From positions 512,001-576,000 of the forward strand of contig JBHYGA010000005.1 in the NCBI GenBank assembly GCA_051859245.1: a stretch of 64,000 nucleotides of DNA. Direction: 5' to 3'. Within the stretch, counting starts at the first letter, position 1; each line of letters starts with the position of its first letter. Position numbers and translations under genes: made by a program. The stretch is from Gemmatimonadaceae bacterium (GTDB lineage Bacteria; Gemmatimonadota; Gemmatimonadetes; Gemmatimonadales; Gemmatimonadaceae). Shown here in pieces: positions 1 through 8,762 of the stretch. The notes under the pieces are model-generated. The model made no database searches. It was not told the origin of the DNA and worked only from the letters and a program-made list of their open reading frames with translations.

Positions 1-1
1 C

Positions 2-442
2 GTCACTGATCGTTTGTCCGAGGGCGTTGATCTTCACAAGTACTGTCGCCATCTCGTGCACTACGAACTGGATCCCAGCCCCATCCGCACGGTGCAAAGG
101 AACGGTCGACTGCGACGAGTGAGCTCCTGGGCCGCGATCGTCGGTGAGCCCATTCGGTATGCGTACCCGGCGTTTCGCGGAACACGCGATCAACGACTTG
201 TGGAGATCATGCAGAAGCGACTCAACAGCTTCTCGCTGCTGCTCGGTGGCGTGCAATCGTTTGACGTGGACACGGATACCGAGGAGGACGAGCGCTGGCG
301 GGACGGTGTGATCGCCCATGCGCGGCGGCAGTTGCAAAGTGTCGGCCTGCAGTTGTGCTGCGGAGCCGCGCAGGGCAACGTGGTGTCATTAAAGGAGCAG
401 CTACCACCTAAACAGCGGGTCGCACAAGAGCGATTACCCTAA
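2..442 (+). CDS. SF2 helicase, C-terminal (HELICc) domain, 5'-truncated by window edge
   Basis: Frame open from base 2: VTDRLSEGVDLH (motif V-like), LVHYELDPSP and TVQRNGRLRR (motif VI QRxGRxxR). Confidence 0.8.
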   Translation, partial: VTDRLSEGVDLHKYCRHLVHYELDPSPIRTVQRNGRLRRVSSWAAIVGEPIRYAYPAFRGTRDQRLVEIMQKRLNSFSLLLGGVQSFDVDTDTEEDERWRDGVIAHARRQLQSVGLQLCCGAAQGNVVSLKEQLPPKQRVAQERLP

Positions 443-731
443 TGCAGTGAACGGATAGATTCGGCGCCATGGTAACACTCGCTGGTCGCAATCAAGCTCG
501 GCGTCAGGCCCGCGGTGGCGAGCCCTGCTTGTGGCGCGCTGATACAGAGCCAAGCGGTAGAGACGGTTGGCCGTGGCCTACGGCTGCTGTTGTCGCGGTG
601 CGTTACGATCCCGTCGACGTCTCTCTAAGTCGGATCTCGCGCGCTGAGGAATGAAGACCGGTGACCGAGACGAAGTGATCCGTGGCGGACACGCTGGCCG
701 TCCTGACGACCGCTCATCGGATGCCGATGCC

Positions 732-866
732 GCATCATGCAGCATCGAAGCGTTCGGCGCATGATGCAACAATCTGCGCATTCCGTGCACGTTGCATAAA
801 GTGAGCGTTTGGTGCATGATGCGCATGTTGCAGCAATTCAGCGTTCGGCAAACCCGCAGCAATTCC
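732..866. repeat. Intergenic cluster of nested direct and inverted repeats
   Basis: Direct: AGCGTTCGGCGCATGATGC 749-767, AGCGTTTGGTGCATGATGC 804-822, AGCGTTCGGC 840-849; GCAGCAATTC at 830 and 857. Inverted: GCATCATGC 732-740 / GCATGATGC 759-767 and TGCAACA..TGCGCAT 765-781 / ATGCGCATGTTGCA 819-832. Confidence 0.7.
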
Positions 867-1102
867 GAACTGGAGTTTGGACACATCGACGACGTACTTT
901 AGCGGCGACGTAGGTTCGCCATTACTGCGGAACTATACGATGCGGTCAAGTGCTCGACGCCGTCGACAGCGGTGCTGACCTACGATTTAGTCCCACAACA
1001 AGCAAACGCATGGTTTCATTTTGCGGTGTGCACACCCGATCGCTTCCCGTAGATGCGCAATAGGCGGCGTGGAGCTTCATCTTTACACGCAATTAAGCAA
1101 AC

Positions 1103-2593
1103 ATGTCGACTGCCGAGATGAAGGTAGAGTTGTACAATCGTGCCGAATCCCTACTCGCGTCATTGATCGACCGAGCGATAGCCGCAGGAGCTTTTCAACC
1201 CACTGATGCTGATCAGTCGGGACAGAAACTTGCTTGGCGTTTCTCCTTCGGATTCCTGCCTCTCATTCTGGCGGCCGATGGAGAGCTATCGTGGGACGAA
1301 CATGAGTTCTACAAGCAGTATTTCGGTGCGGAGTTAGGATACGCGGAAATCTTGGAACAGATTGAGAATGAGCGGTCGCTATATGCAGGATCTCTCGACA
1401 CCGTTCCCGAGTTTTTCGACGGCCTCGTGAGGCTCGATCGCAGCGAGCAGACCCGCACCGCACTCGGCGCACTCGAGGCGATAAAAGCAATGGGTTTCTT
1501 CGCTGCCTCGAGTGATTCAGAAACAGGGACCGAGGAGGTGCAGCTCATCCTCAGCTACCTGCAACTACTATCGCGCGCAGCTGTATCTGGAGGCGTTGCA
1601 ACCGCCGCACAGGCGACGAGCGTGATATCGGAAGGTTCGCTCATTGCATCATTGCATGATCAATGGGAGGCAGAGCAGGTGCAGGCCGACGCAACAGAGC
1701 CAGGCAAAAGTGACGAGGACACTTATCGCGGAGTTCCGGTTGTTGGTTTGTCTGCTACGAGAAACGAAAGTTCTGATGCAAAATCGCTTTCGGTGCTGAT
1801 CGAGGAGTTAAATGCCTTGGTCGGACTAGATCGGGTTAAGCAGGATGTGATTGGACTTACCAACTTGATGAAGGTTCGTCAGCTACGTCTGGAGCGCGGC
1901 CTCGCTGCGCCGACGATGTCGCTACATCTTGTTTTTACTGGCAACCCTGGAACTGGAAAGACCACCGTCGCAAGGATCTTGGCAGGCATCTACAAAGAGC
2001 TTGGTATCCTGCGTTGCGGTCATCTTGTTGAGACTGACCGGGCGGGTCTCGTTGCGCAGTACTCCGGCCAGACCCCGATGAAAACCAAGGATGCGTTTTC
2101 TCGAGCGCTCGGAGGCGTTCTCTTCATCGACGAGGCGTACGCGCTCGTGGCCGGTCGACACGAGCACGATTACGGATATGAGGCGGTCGACACGCTCCTG
2201 AAGTTGATGGAAGACCATCGAGACGATATCGTCGTTATCGTAGCGGGTTACGGCGATAAGATGACTCGCTTCCTGGAGTCTAATCCGGGGTTGCTATCGC
2301 GATTCAACAAGTTTGTAGACTTTGCCGACTATGTTCCGGATGATCTTAACGAAATCTTCCGTCGCCTTGCCGTGAAATCTGACTACCTGCTTTCCCCCGA
2401 AGCGGAACGTGCGGCTACGGCACTTGTGACGGCTCAGTACGAACTGCGCGACCAGCATTTTGGGAACGCGCGCTTCGTCCGCAACCTCTTCGAGCAGATC
2501 ATCGCGCAGCAGTCAAATCGTATAGCACACATGGACGACCCCTCACACGAGGATCTGTGCGCGATCCTGCAACAGGACATCCCGACAACGTGA
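1103..2593 (+). CDS. CbxX/CfxQ/SpoVK-family AAA+ ATPase with N-terminal TerB-like domain
   Basis: Walker A GNPGTGKT, Walker B VLFIDEAY, NPGLLSRF and FGNARFVRN are typical of the CbxX clade. N-terminal ILAADGELSWDE and AASSDSETGTEE resemble the two TerB ADG/E motifs. Confidence 0.85.
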   Translation: MSTAEMKVELYNRAESLLASLIDRAIAAGAFQPTDADQSGQKLAWRFSFGFLPLILAADGELSWDEHEFYKQYFGAELGYAEILEQIENERSLYAGSLDTVPEFFDGLVRLDRSEQTRTALGALEAIKAMGFFAASSDSETGTEEVQLILSYLQLLSRAAVSGGVATAAQATSVISEGSLIASLHDQWEAEQVQADATEPGKSDEDTYRGVPVVGLSATRNESSDAKSLSVLIEELNALVGLDRVKQDVIGLTNLMKVRQLRLERGLAAPTMSLHLVFTGNPGTGKTTVARILAGIYKELGILRCGHLVETDRAGLVAQYSGQTPMKTKDAFSRALGGVLFIDEAYALVAGRHEHDYGYEAVDTLLKLMEDHRDDIVVIVAGYGDKMTRFLESNPGLLSRFNKFVDFADYVPDDLNEIFRRLAVKSDYLLSPEAERAATALVTAQYELRDQHFGNARFVRNLFEQIIAQQSNRIAHMDDPSHEDLCAILQQDIPTT

Positions 2594-2631
2594 ACGCCTG
2601 CGTCGGCCGATAGTTACTGGGCGTAGGGCGT

Positions 2632-3003
2632 GTGCTGATGAGACGGCTCGACCATCTCGGTACCGCGGAGACGCGTACACGGGCTCACCGGATTCTCCGA
2701 AGCGACATGTTGAGTCTTCCTCCAGTGACGCGTGAAGTGGCGATGGATATCGCTCGCCGGGAAGCAACCTCTCTACTTAGGGAGGCGAAGGTGCATGAGC
2801 TTCTGCGGCTGATATTGGACGTGTCTAACCTGATTGCAGAAAAGCCGGAGGTTTTCGCGGAGGTAAGCCCGCAAACAAAGGAGATGAGCTACGACCTCCG
2901 TGATGCACTTGGCGATCCTGCGTCCGCGACACGACGAGAGATCGATATCGCCGCTGTGTTCAGTGACCTGCGCAATCCCTTCGACGGAAGCTTTGTCGGA
3001 TAA
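2632..3003 (+). CDS. Hypothetical small helical protein (start uncertain)
   Basis: 123-aa ORF following and co-oriented with the AAA gene, with plausible composition and no recognisable motif. Confidence 0.45.
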   Translation: MLMRRLDHLGTAETRTRAHRILRSDMLSLPPVTREVAMDIARREATSLLREAKVHELLRLILDVSNLIAEKPEVFAEVSPQTKEMSYDLRDALGDPASATRREIDIAAVFSDLRNPFDGSFVG

Positions 3004-3419
3004 GTGGATGGATATTCCGATGATCTCGAGGTGCTTGATCAGGTTGGGCGAAACTGAATCGCAGGTTCGCTTCCAGCTTTGGCAAGCAAACGCCGGTTAT
3101 CTAGTCTTGAATAGTGTCTACGCTGTGAGTGCAAGCGGTGTGCGCGGTTCGCGCTGCTTCCCGATTGCTGCGCGCTGTAGCTACATCTCGTTGCGTGCGC
3201 AGCGAAAGGGCGCGAAGCGCATGCTGTGCAGCATAGCAAGTGGGATGCAGGTGAGCGCGCGTTGCACGATGGTGTCAGAACTGAAATGCGCGAGGGACCA
3301 CTGTTCGAGTTTAGTATCGCGGGTGTCACAACCCTCTGACCGATTGTACTCATTCCCTTTTCTGTCGAGGGATGGTAGCGTCCCCAAATAGCTCGCAGCT
3401 TGTCGCGGTATTGATCGCG

Positions 3420-3812
3420 TCAACAGTTCACGTATGTGATAGGATTTGCCGCGCCGCGCTTCCAGTTTGCGGCGACCGATCTTCCCACGTAGCGGTCACG
3501 AACCGTCTCCTGCGCGAGCGTTCCAGTGAACTCCCAACGACCGGGGCGCTGAACGTCCTCAAGCGGACGCACGTTATAGTCGGTGGTGCCCGCGGGATGC
3601 CATTGATCGATCTCGTAGACCTCGCGGACGATCCCGTCAAACACCGCCAGCGCGAACTTCGCACCGCTCCGGCGCGGGCCGACCACCCACACGCCACGTG
3701 TGACTTCGTACAGCTGCTCGGCGGACATGTCGGGCCGATAGGCCCGTTGAATGCGAATCAAAATGGCGGCGTCGTTAATCACGACAGGAGTGGCGACTTC
3801 GTTCGTTCGCAT
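3420..3812 (-). CDS. Uncharacterised protein resembling the C-terminal domain of LEM-3-like GIY-YIG proteins (no GIY-YIG domain present)
   Basis: 130 aa with the pattern YEVTRGVW..G..R....FALAV..GIV.EVY....W....RWEFTG, recalled from that family and not HMM-confirmed. Confidence 0.55.
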   Translation of the reverse strand: MRTNEVATPVVINDAAILIRIQRAYRPDMSAEQLYEVTRGVWVVGPRRSGAKFALAVFDGIVREVYEIDQWHPAGTTDYNVRPLEDVQRPGRWEFTGTLAQETVRDRYVGRSVAANWKRGAANPITYVNC

Positions 3813-4001
3813 AGGTCATTTTTCTCGATCTTGATGGAGCGTTGGTGCAGCGTTGTCAACGAATCGCACGCAGCTGCGAGCGCCGCCTCGTCAGCATTCG
3901 TGTGGTCATATGCAAATGAATAGCACTGAAAACGGCGGGCAGCGACGGCGGGCGAGCGCCTCGGCGAATCGATTGATCGCCGCCGCGTGAAAAGTACGTC
4001 G

Positions 4002-5318
4002 TTATTCGCCGGTAGGTCCTCGCCGTAGTTTCGCGTCGTAGTTGCCCTTGCCACGACGCGCGTTGTGCGTGCGTTGCATCTGATACTTCGCGTCGCGTTC
4101 GGAGTAGTCACCGTCCCGATACCGCGCCTCCATTTGCGCGAGGTCGGCTGACTCGGCCAGCATCTCCGATGCGAACGCGACGTCGCTATATGCCGGGGAG
4201 GAGAGAATCCACTGCTGCGCGTCCTGCATGTGCTGCGCGGCCGCGTCGGCATTGCCTTGACGTTGTTCGCGAGCCGCGGCTTCACGCGCCTTCGCGGATC
4301 GGGCCATGACGATGGCGCGTTCGACTTCGGGCACCATGTGCGCCTGGCCATCGAGCGTGGCCGCGATGGGCAACGCGAGCGTGCGCTGCTCCACGCCTCC
4401 GCCGTTGGTGAGGACAAACGCTGAGACGCGCAGCGTCGCGAGAACGACAGGTTCGTTGATCGCGACGGTCGACGCGTTCGCCGGCGCGAGCAATTCGAAT
4501 AGCAACGGCTTGGGTTCACTCGCATACAGATCGCCCAGGTCGAACGTGAACGAGCCGTTTTGCTGCGTCGTGGGCCAGTCGGAGTGCACCGTGAGCATCT
4601 GGACCTCGGGGTGGAGCGTGAGCGTCACCGTCAGCCCCTGCGCTGCGACATTGAGCAGATTTCCGAGTTCCTCGGCGAAGACGTCCTGCGCCTGATCCGG
4701 CCGTTCGACGTACCACGCATTGCCGCCACCGGCGTCGGCCATGGCGCGGAGCAGATCGTCGTCGTAGCCCTCGCCGACGCCAATGGTAGACGTGGTGATG
4801 CCGAGCGTGCGTGCGGTGCGCGCGAGATCGACTAGCGTATCCCGGTCGACGATGCCCGCGTTAGCGTGGCCGTCGGTGAGGAGCACGATGCGTCGCGACG
4901 TGCCGGCGGCGCTGGACAGGAGTTCGGCGGCAGATTCCATGTGCTGACGACCTCGCAGCCACCCTCCACTGAGATTCGTGCTGCCGCCCGGCTCGATCTC
5001 TCGCAGGCGGTCAGCCAGCTGGTGTTGGTCACGGCACCGCGCGGGATCGGCCAGCGTCTCAATGTCCTGATCGAAGAGCACCGCCGAGACAACATCGTTG
5101 GGGTGCAGGCGTTCGACGGCGCGTGCGGCGGCAGAACGGGCCGCGTGCAACGGTGCGCCGGACATGGAGCCGCTGCGGTCGAGTACGAGGGAAAGACCGA
5201 GGGGCGCGCGGGACGCGGCGGTGGGAGCCGTGCCGGCGATGGAGAGCAGGGCCCGCACGACGGTGGTACCGGGGGTGGTCGCGTGCGGCTGGTGATCGAG
5301 GAGGAGCGTGGTGTCCAT
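4002..5318 (-). CDS. von Willebrand factor A (vWA) domain protein
   Basis: MIDAS motif DRSGSM, GSTNL, LLTDG. Start moved to MDTTLLL (ATG 5318) because the longer ORF overlaps the HD gene. Confidence 0.9.
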   Translation of the reverse strand: MDTTLLLDHQPHATTPGTTVVRALLSIAGTAPTAASRAPLGLSLVLDRSGSMSGAPLHAARSAAARAVERLHPNDVVSAVLFDQDIETLADPARCRDQHQLADRLREIEPGGSTNLSGGWLRGRQHMESAAELLSSAAGTSRRIVLLTDGHANAGIVDRDTLVDLARTARTLGITTSTIGVGEGYDDDLLRAMADAGGGNAWYVERPDQAQDVFAEELGNLLNVAAQGLTVTLTLHPEVQMLTVHSDWPTTQQNGSFTFDLGDLYASEPKPLLFELLAPANASTVAINEPVVLATLRVSAFVLTNGGGVEQRTLALPIAATLDGQAHMVPEVERAIVMARSAKAREAAAREQRQGNADAAAQHMQDAQQWILSSPAYSDVAFASEMLAESADLAQMEARYRDGDYSERDAKYQMQRTHNARRGKGNYDAKLRRGPTGE

Positions 5319-5346
5319 GCGCGTGTCCGTTGTGAGGGATACGGGC

Positions 5347-5368
5347 AGGTTAGGGGGAGGGTCTGACA
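5347..5368 (-). promoter_or_regulatory. PafBC/RecA-NDp-type promoter motif upstream of the vWA gene
   Basis: Minus strand TGTCAG-accctccccc-TA-acc-T, ending about 29 nt before the ATG. Confidence 0.7.
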
Positions 5369-5970
5369 GGGGCGGTTGGGTGCGCGACACCTTCAATGAC
5401 CGCGAGCAGCCGTTCCATTTCATCAAGCAGGGGCCCGCTGAATCCGGCCGTTCGATACGCGTCGCGTGCTCCCGCGTAGTACCAGACTTGCCGATCCCTG
5501 GGCGCGTTGAATCGCGACCACACCTCGTCACCAGTGCGCTCAATATCGGCCACGATCGATCGCAAGTTGTCGACCTTGTCGGCCACAGTGACGCGCAGAT
5601 CCGCGGGGTTCGCCGTGCGCGCGTGTGCCAAATACGATTCTTTGCGCTCAATCCATGGTCTCTTTGGGCCGCCTCTGTAGCCCGGGCCGGTGTCGCTGCT
5701 CAACTCCACGATGCGGCGCACGCGTTCGCCAAACTGCGCCTCGATCTCGTCGGCACTGATTTCATCGCCGTGATCCTCTACGGCGTCATGCAACAGCGCG
5801 GCGACGGCTTCATCTTCGTCACCTCCATGCCGTTGCACGAGCTGACAGACGCCGAGGAGATGCGCCAGCGTGGGAATCTGCGTGCCCTTGCGTGCGTCGG
5901 TAGCATGCAGCTTCGCGGCGAGTGCGAGAGCTGCAGCGAGGCGAGGGGAGAGGGAAGCGGTATCGGCCAT
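5350..5970 (-). CDS. RelA/SpoT-type HD-domain hydrolase (small alarmone hydrolase/MESH1-like)
   Basis: H..D.RKG...P...HL, AALLHDAVED, FGERV..IV, PW..RK..YL, ADKVDN. Start MADTAS at 5970. Confidence 0.85.
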   Translation of the reverse strand: MADTASLSPRLAAALALAAKLHATDARKGTQIPTLAHLLGVCQLVQRHGGDEDEAVAALLHDAVEDHGDEISADEIEAQFGERVRRIVELSSDTGPGYRGGPKRPWIERKESYLAHARTANPADLRVTVADKVDNLRSIVADIERTGDEVWSRFNAPRDRQVWYYAGARDAYRTAGFSGPLLDEMERLLAVIEGVAHPTAPVRPSP

Positions 5971-6105
5971 GCGTTTTGGGTTTGAGGGGGGCGGACGCAG
6001 CTCGCGTACTTGGCAACAAACTATCTCGGAAAAAATCGTGGTGTTTTCCACCGTCAAAACGCCAGCGACGTGTGGGTGTACTTGCACGAGCACCGACCAC
6101 GACGC

Positions 6106-6585
6106 TTAACACCGCCGACGAATCGGCATGTCAGGAAAGCAAAATTCCCCATGCGAGTTACTGAACGCCTGATAGTGCAGCTGTTCTATACCCTCGATTC
6201 CATACACCTCACGCAGCGTACAGATGAGCAGTGCTGCGACCTGCCGCACCGATGTGCCAGCGGGTACGTCGATGAAAAAGTTGGGGCTCCCATTGGGATC
6301 GTTGTACTTCGCCACCAGTTCCGGTGCATCATCAGTCGCTCGACGCCACCCTAGTTCGGTCAAGTAGCAGTACTGCTCGACCGTGAGCGCCGCACTCGGC
6401 GGTTCAATGTACGTGTTGCTGACCGCTTCAATGCGGAACGCCCCGGTAGTCGTACCAGCTACCTGCACAAAGTGATTGACATGACGACGCGCAATGATCA
6501 TGAAATCGCCTTTCCCCAAGTCGCCGAGCGCACGCGCGACCGCTGAAGTGAGCGATTCCCAGTGCTCTTCAGTACTTGTTGTCAC
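6106..6585 (-). CDS. TY-Chap-like (T3SS-chaperone/YbjN-like) domain protein
   Basis: FVQVA....FRIEAVSNTYI...LGW...PNF...A.L...TLREVYG pattern. GTG start at 6585 with GGAG 7 nt upstream. Confidence 0.6.
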   Translation of the reverse strand: MTTSTEEHWESLTSAVARALGDLGKGDFMIIARRHVNHFVQVAGTTTGAFRIEAVSNTYIEPPSAALTVEQYCYLTELGWRRATDDAPELVAKYNDPNGSPNFFIDVPAGTSVRQVAALLICTLREVYGIEGIEQLHYQAFSNSHGEFCFPDMPIRRRC

Positions 6586-6704
6586 GCACGATCTCCATTC
6601 GAAGGACACCGAAAATTTCGCAGCGGGGTCTGAGAGCGCCCGCGTCAACATTTGTCGGTGCACGCAAATGAGATCACGCGCATGCACCGACCGTCGATCG
6701 CTCC

Positions 6705-8684
6705 TCAGCGCCGACGCATGATCTGCGGCGTGTCTACAGCACGAGCGCTCGCGTTCGCACCAGTGAGCATTGGAACGTTCGTATCGGGTAACGCTCGCGC
6801 GCGATCACGGCGCAGCTGTTCAAGTTCCGTTGACAGCTCAGCGATGGATGACGGCATGGTGGAGCTTGCGCCAATAAACGCGTCCGCCAAGACACTCTGC
6901 AGGTTGTTGCCAGGGCAAGCCTCAAGAAGCGGCGTCAGTCTCGGCCCGAGCCCACTCACCCGAAACGACACGGCCTTTGCGCTCCCCCGGAACTCACCGA
7001 ATGCAAACGTGAACAACCGCGAGCCTGCGACCTGAAAGGCAAATGACTTGACGGAGGCATTGGTCCCTGTTTTACCGAGCGAGCTAAAGTTGTCGAACTC
7101 AAGCCAGGTCTCAGCCACTGGTGTTCCGCCATCAAAGGAAAACGCCACGGTACCGCTCGCGGTGACAAAACGATCCGTGGCGACCCATGCCACAAACGAC
7201 CCAGTCGACGAGCATACAAAAGTGAGCTCAGGATATTCGGATGAGCCAAACTGGTTTGAAATCTGATTGTCGGAGGGAAGCGTGGTGAATACGATGCCGT
7301 TACCGCTGAGCGACAACCAGTCGTACGCGGTGATTGGACTTTCCCAGGCCACTCCATCAATCGTCGCCACAATGGTGATCGTACCGGTACCGGCCGGAGT
7401 GAAGAGTCCCGCTGGCGTGAACGTGCCTGCCGAAGGATTCGTCGTGCTCCAGGAAACGGGGCGAGAGATCGTGTTCCCATCTGACGTGCGTGCAGTCACC
7501 GAATACTGATAACTGTCGCCAACCTTCACGCGCGCTGTGCCAGTGAGCGTCACACTCGTCACGGCAGATCGAACTTGTATCACGAGCGTGCCAGTACGAC
7601 CCTCGCTGCTCGCAGAGATCGAGGCCGTGCCCGGAGCGACAGCGCTCACCAGCCCAGTGGCGGACACGGTGGCAATGCTGGAATTACTCGTGCCCCACAC
7701 CACGGTGCGGTCTGTCAGCATCGCTCCATTCACGTCGCGTATTGTCGCTGAAAGTTGCGCCGTGGCGCCGGGTGTAAGCGAACTCGCCCCGGAGATCGAA
7801 ACAGTTGCAACGGGCACGGGGAGCACTGTGAGTGTCGCACTACCCGTCTGACCCTCGCTGGTGGCAGAAATGCTTGTCGTACCCGGAGCGACCGTGGTAA
7901 CTCGTCCGCTGGCATCAACCGCGGCGACCGACGTGTTCGATGATGTCCATGCCACCACGCGGCCGTCCAAAGGGCTTCCGTTGGACGATCGCAACGTTGC
8001 CGATGCCGACGTAATCGTGCCCGCGACGACTGATGCCTGCGCGAGCGTCACCGTCACGGAGGCGACAGGCGGCGGCGTCACCCTGAGTGACGCACTCCCC
8101 GTTCGTCCTTCGCTCGTAGCAGTGATCGTCGTTGTTCCGGCGGCGAGCGCGGTGACTGTTCCGGTAGCGTCAACACTTGCCACCGACGGCGCTGACGAAC
8201 TCCATGCTACGCTGCGACCGGTGAGCACGGCGCCATTGTCGGAACGCAGTTCTGCCGTTGCCGACGTGCTGGTACCCGCAACGATCTGTGGGTTCGATAG
8301 ACTCACGGTTACGGTCGCCACAGGAGGCAGTGTCACAGTCAGTGACGCACTTCCGGTTCGTCCTCCGCTCGTCGCCGTGATCGTCGTTGTTCCCGCGGTC
8401 AGTGCTGTCACGGTACCGGAGCCATCAACACTCGCCACTGCTGGCGATGACGAACTCCATGTGACACTGCGGCCACTGAGAACCGTGCCGTTAGCGGCTC
8501 GCAATTCTGCGCTTGCCGACGTGCTGGTACCCGTCACGATTTGTGCGTTCGTAAGCACCACCGTCACCGTGGCCACCGCGGGTGGTGATGGGTTCCCTGG
8601 TGGGGCGACAGGATTGTCAGTACCGCCACCACCACACGCCGTAACGAACAGCAGTGCCGCACCGCACAGTAACGATCGCTTCAT
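6705..8684 (-). CDS. Lipoprotein with 4-5 bacterial Ig-like (Big_2) repeats and a C-terminal VasI/TagO-like domain
   Basis: Signal peptide with lipobox FVTAC, then ~85-aa repeats V.WSSS.P.VASVD..G.VTA..AGTTTITATS.G. C-terminal domain PELTFVC...FDGG...W...F.VSGL..LTPLLEAC. Confidence 0.85.
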   Translation of the reverse strand: MKRSLLCGAALLFVTACGGGGTDNPVAPPGNPSPPAVATVTVVLTNAQIVTGTSTSASAELRAANGTVLSGRSVTWSSSSPAVASVDGSGTVTALTAGTTTITATSGGRTGSASLTVTLPPVATVTVSLSNPQIVAGTSTSATAELRSDNGAVLTGRSVAWSSSAPSVASVDATGTVTALAAGTTTITATSEGRTGSASLRVTPPPVASVTVTLAQASVVAGTITSASATLRSSNGSPLDGRVVAWTSSNTSVAAVDASGRVTTVAPGTTSISATSEGQTGSATLTVLPVPVATVSISGASSLTPGATAQLSATIRDVNGAMLTDRTVVWGTSNSSIATVSATGLVSAVAPGTASISASSEGRTGTLVIQVRSAVTSVTLTGTARVKVGDSYQYSVTARTSDGNTISRPVSWSTTNPSAGTFTPAGLFTPAGTGTITIVATIDGVAWESPITAYDWLSLSGNGIVFTTLPSDNQISNQFGSSEYPELTFVCSSTGSFVAWVATDRFVTASGTVAFSFDGGTPVAETWLEFDNFSSLGKTGTNASVKSFAFQVAGSRLFTFAFGEFRGSAKAVSFRVSGLGPRLTPLLEACPGNNLQSVLADAFIGASSTMPSSIAELSTELEQLRRDRARALPDTNVPMLTGANASARAVDTPQIMRRR

Positions 8685-8740
8685 CGGGCCTCTCCTCAGT
8701 CATGCTTGATGCACAACGGCATTTCCGTCATACCAAGTAC

Positions 8741-8762
8741 AAGCTGAGGGAGGGGTCTGACA
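8741..8762 (-). promoter_or_regulatory. PafBC-type promoter motif (variant) upstream of the Ig-repeat lipoprotein
   Basis: Minus strand TGTCAG-acccctccct-CA-gct-T. The spacer is nearly identical to the 5347-5368 copy. Confidence 0.6.

Noticed and set aside
2..2593. Shango or DISARM defence system
   Set aside because: The ATPase is CbxX-type and fused to the TerB-like region, and the helicase is only a fragment. The required components cannot be shown.
2589..2633. attC site after the AAA gene (GTGAAC-GCCTG...TAGGGC-GTG)
   Set aside because: Too short, no GTT at the R' position, L boxes do not pair, and wobble pairs favour the top strand. More likely a simple hairpin.
2900..3391. 163-aa ORF and the opposite-strand ORFs at 3039-3423
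   Set aside because: Cys/Arg/Ser-rich atypical composition, no motifs, and overlap with a better ORF. Treated as non-coding or decayed.
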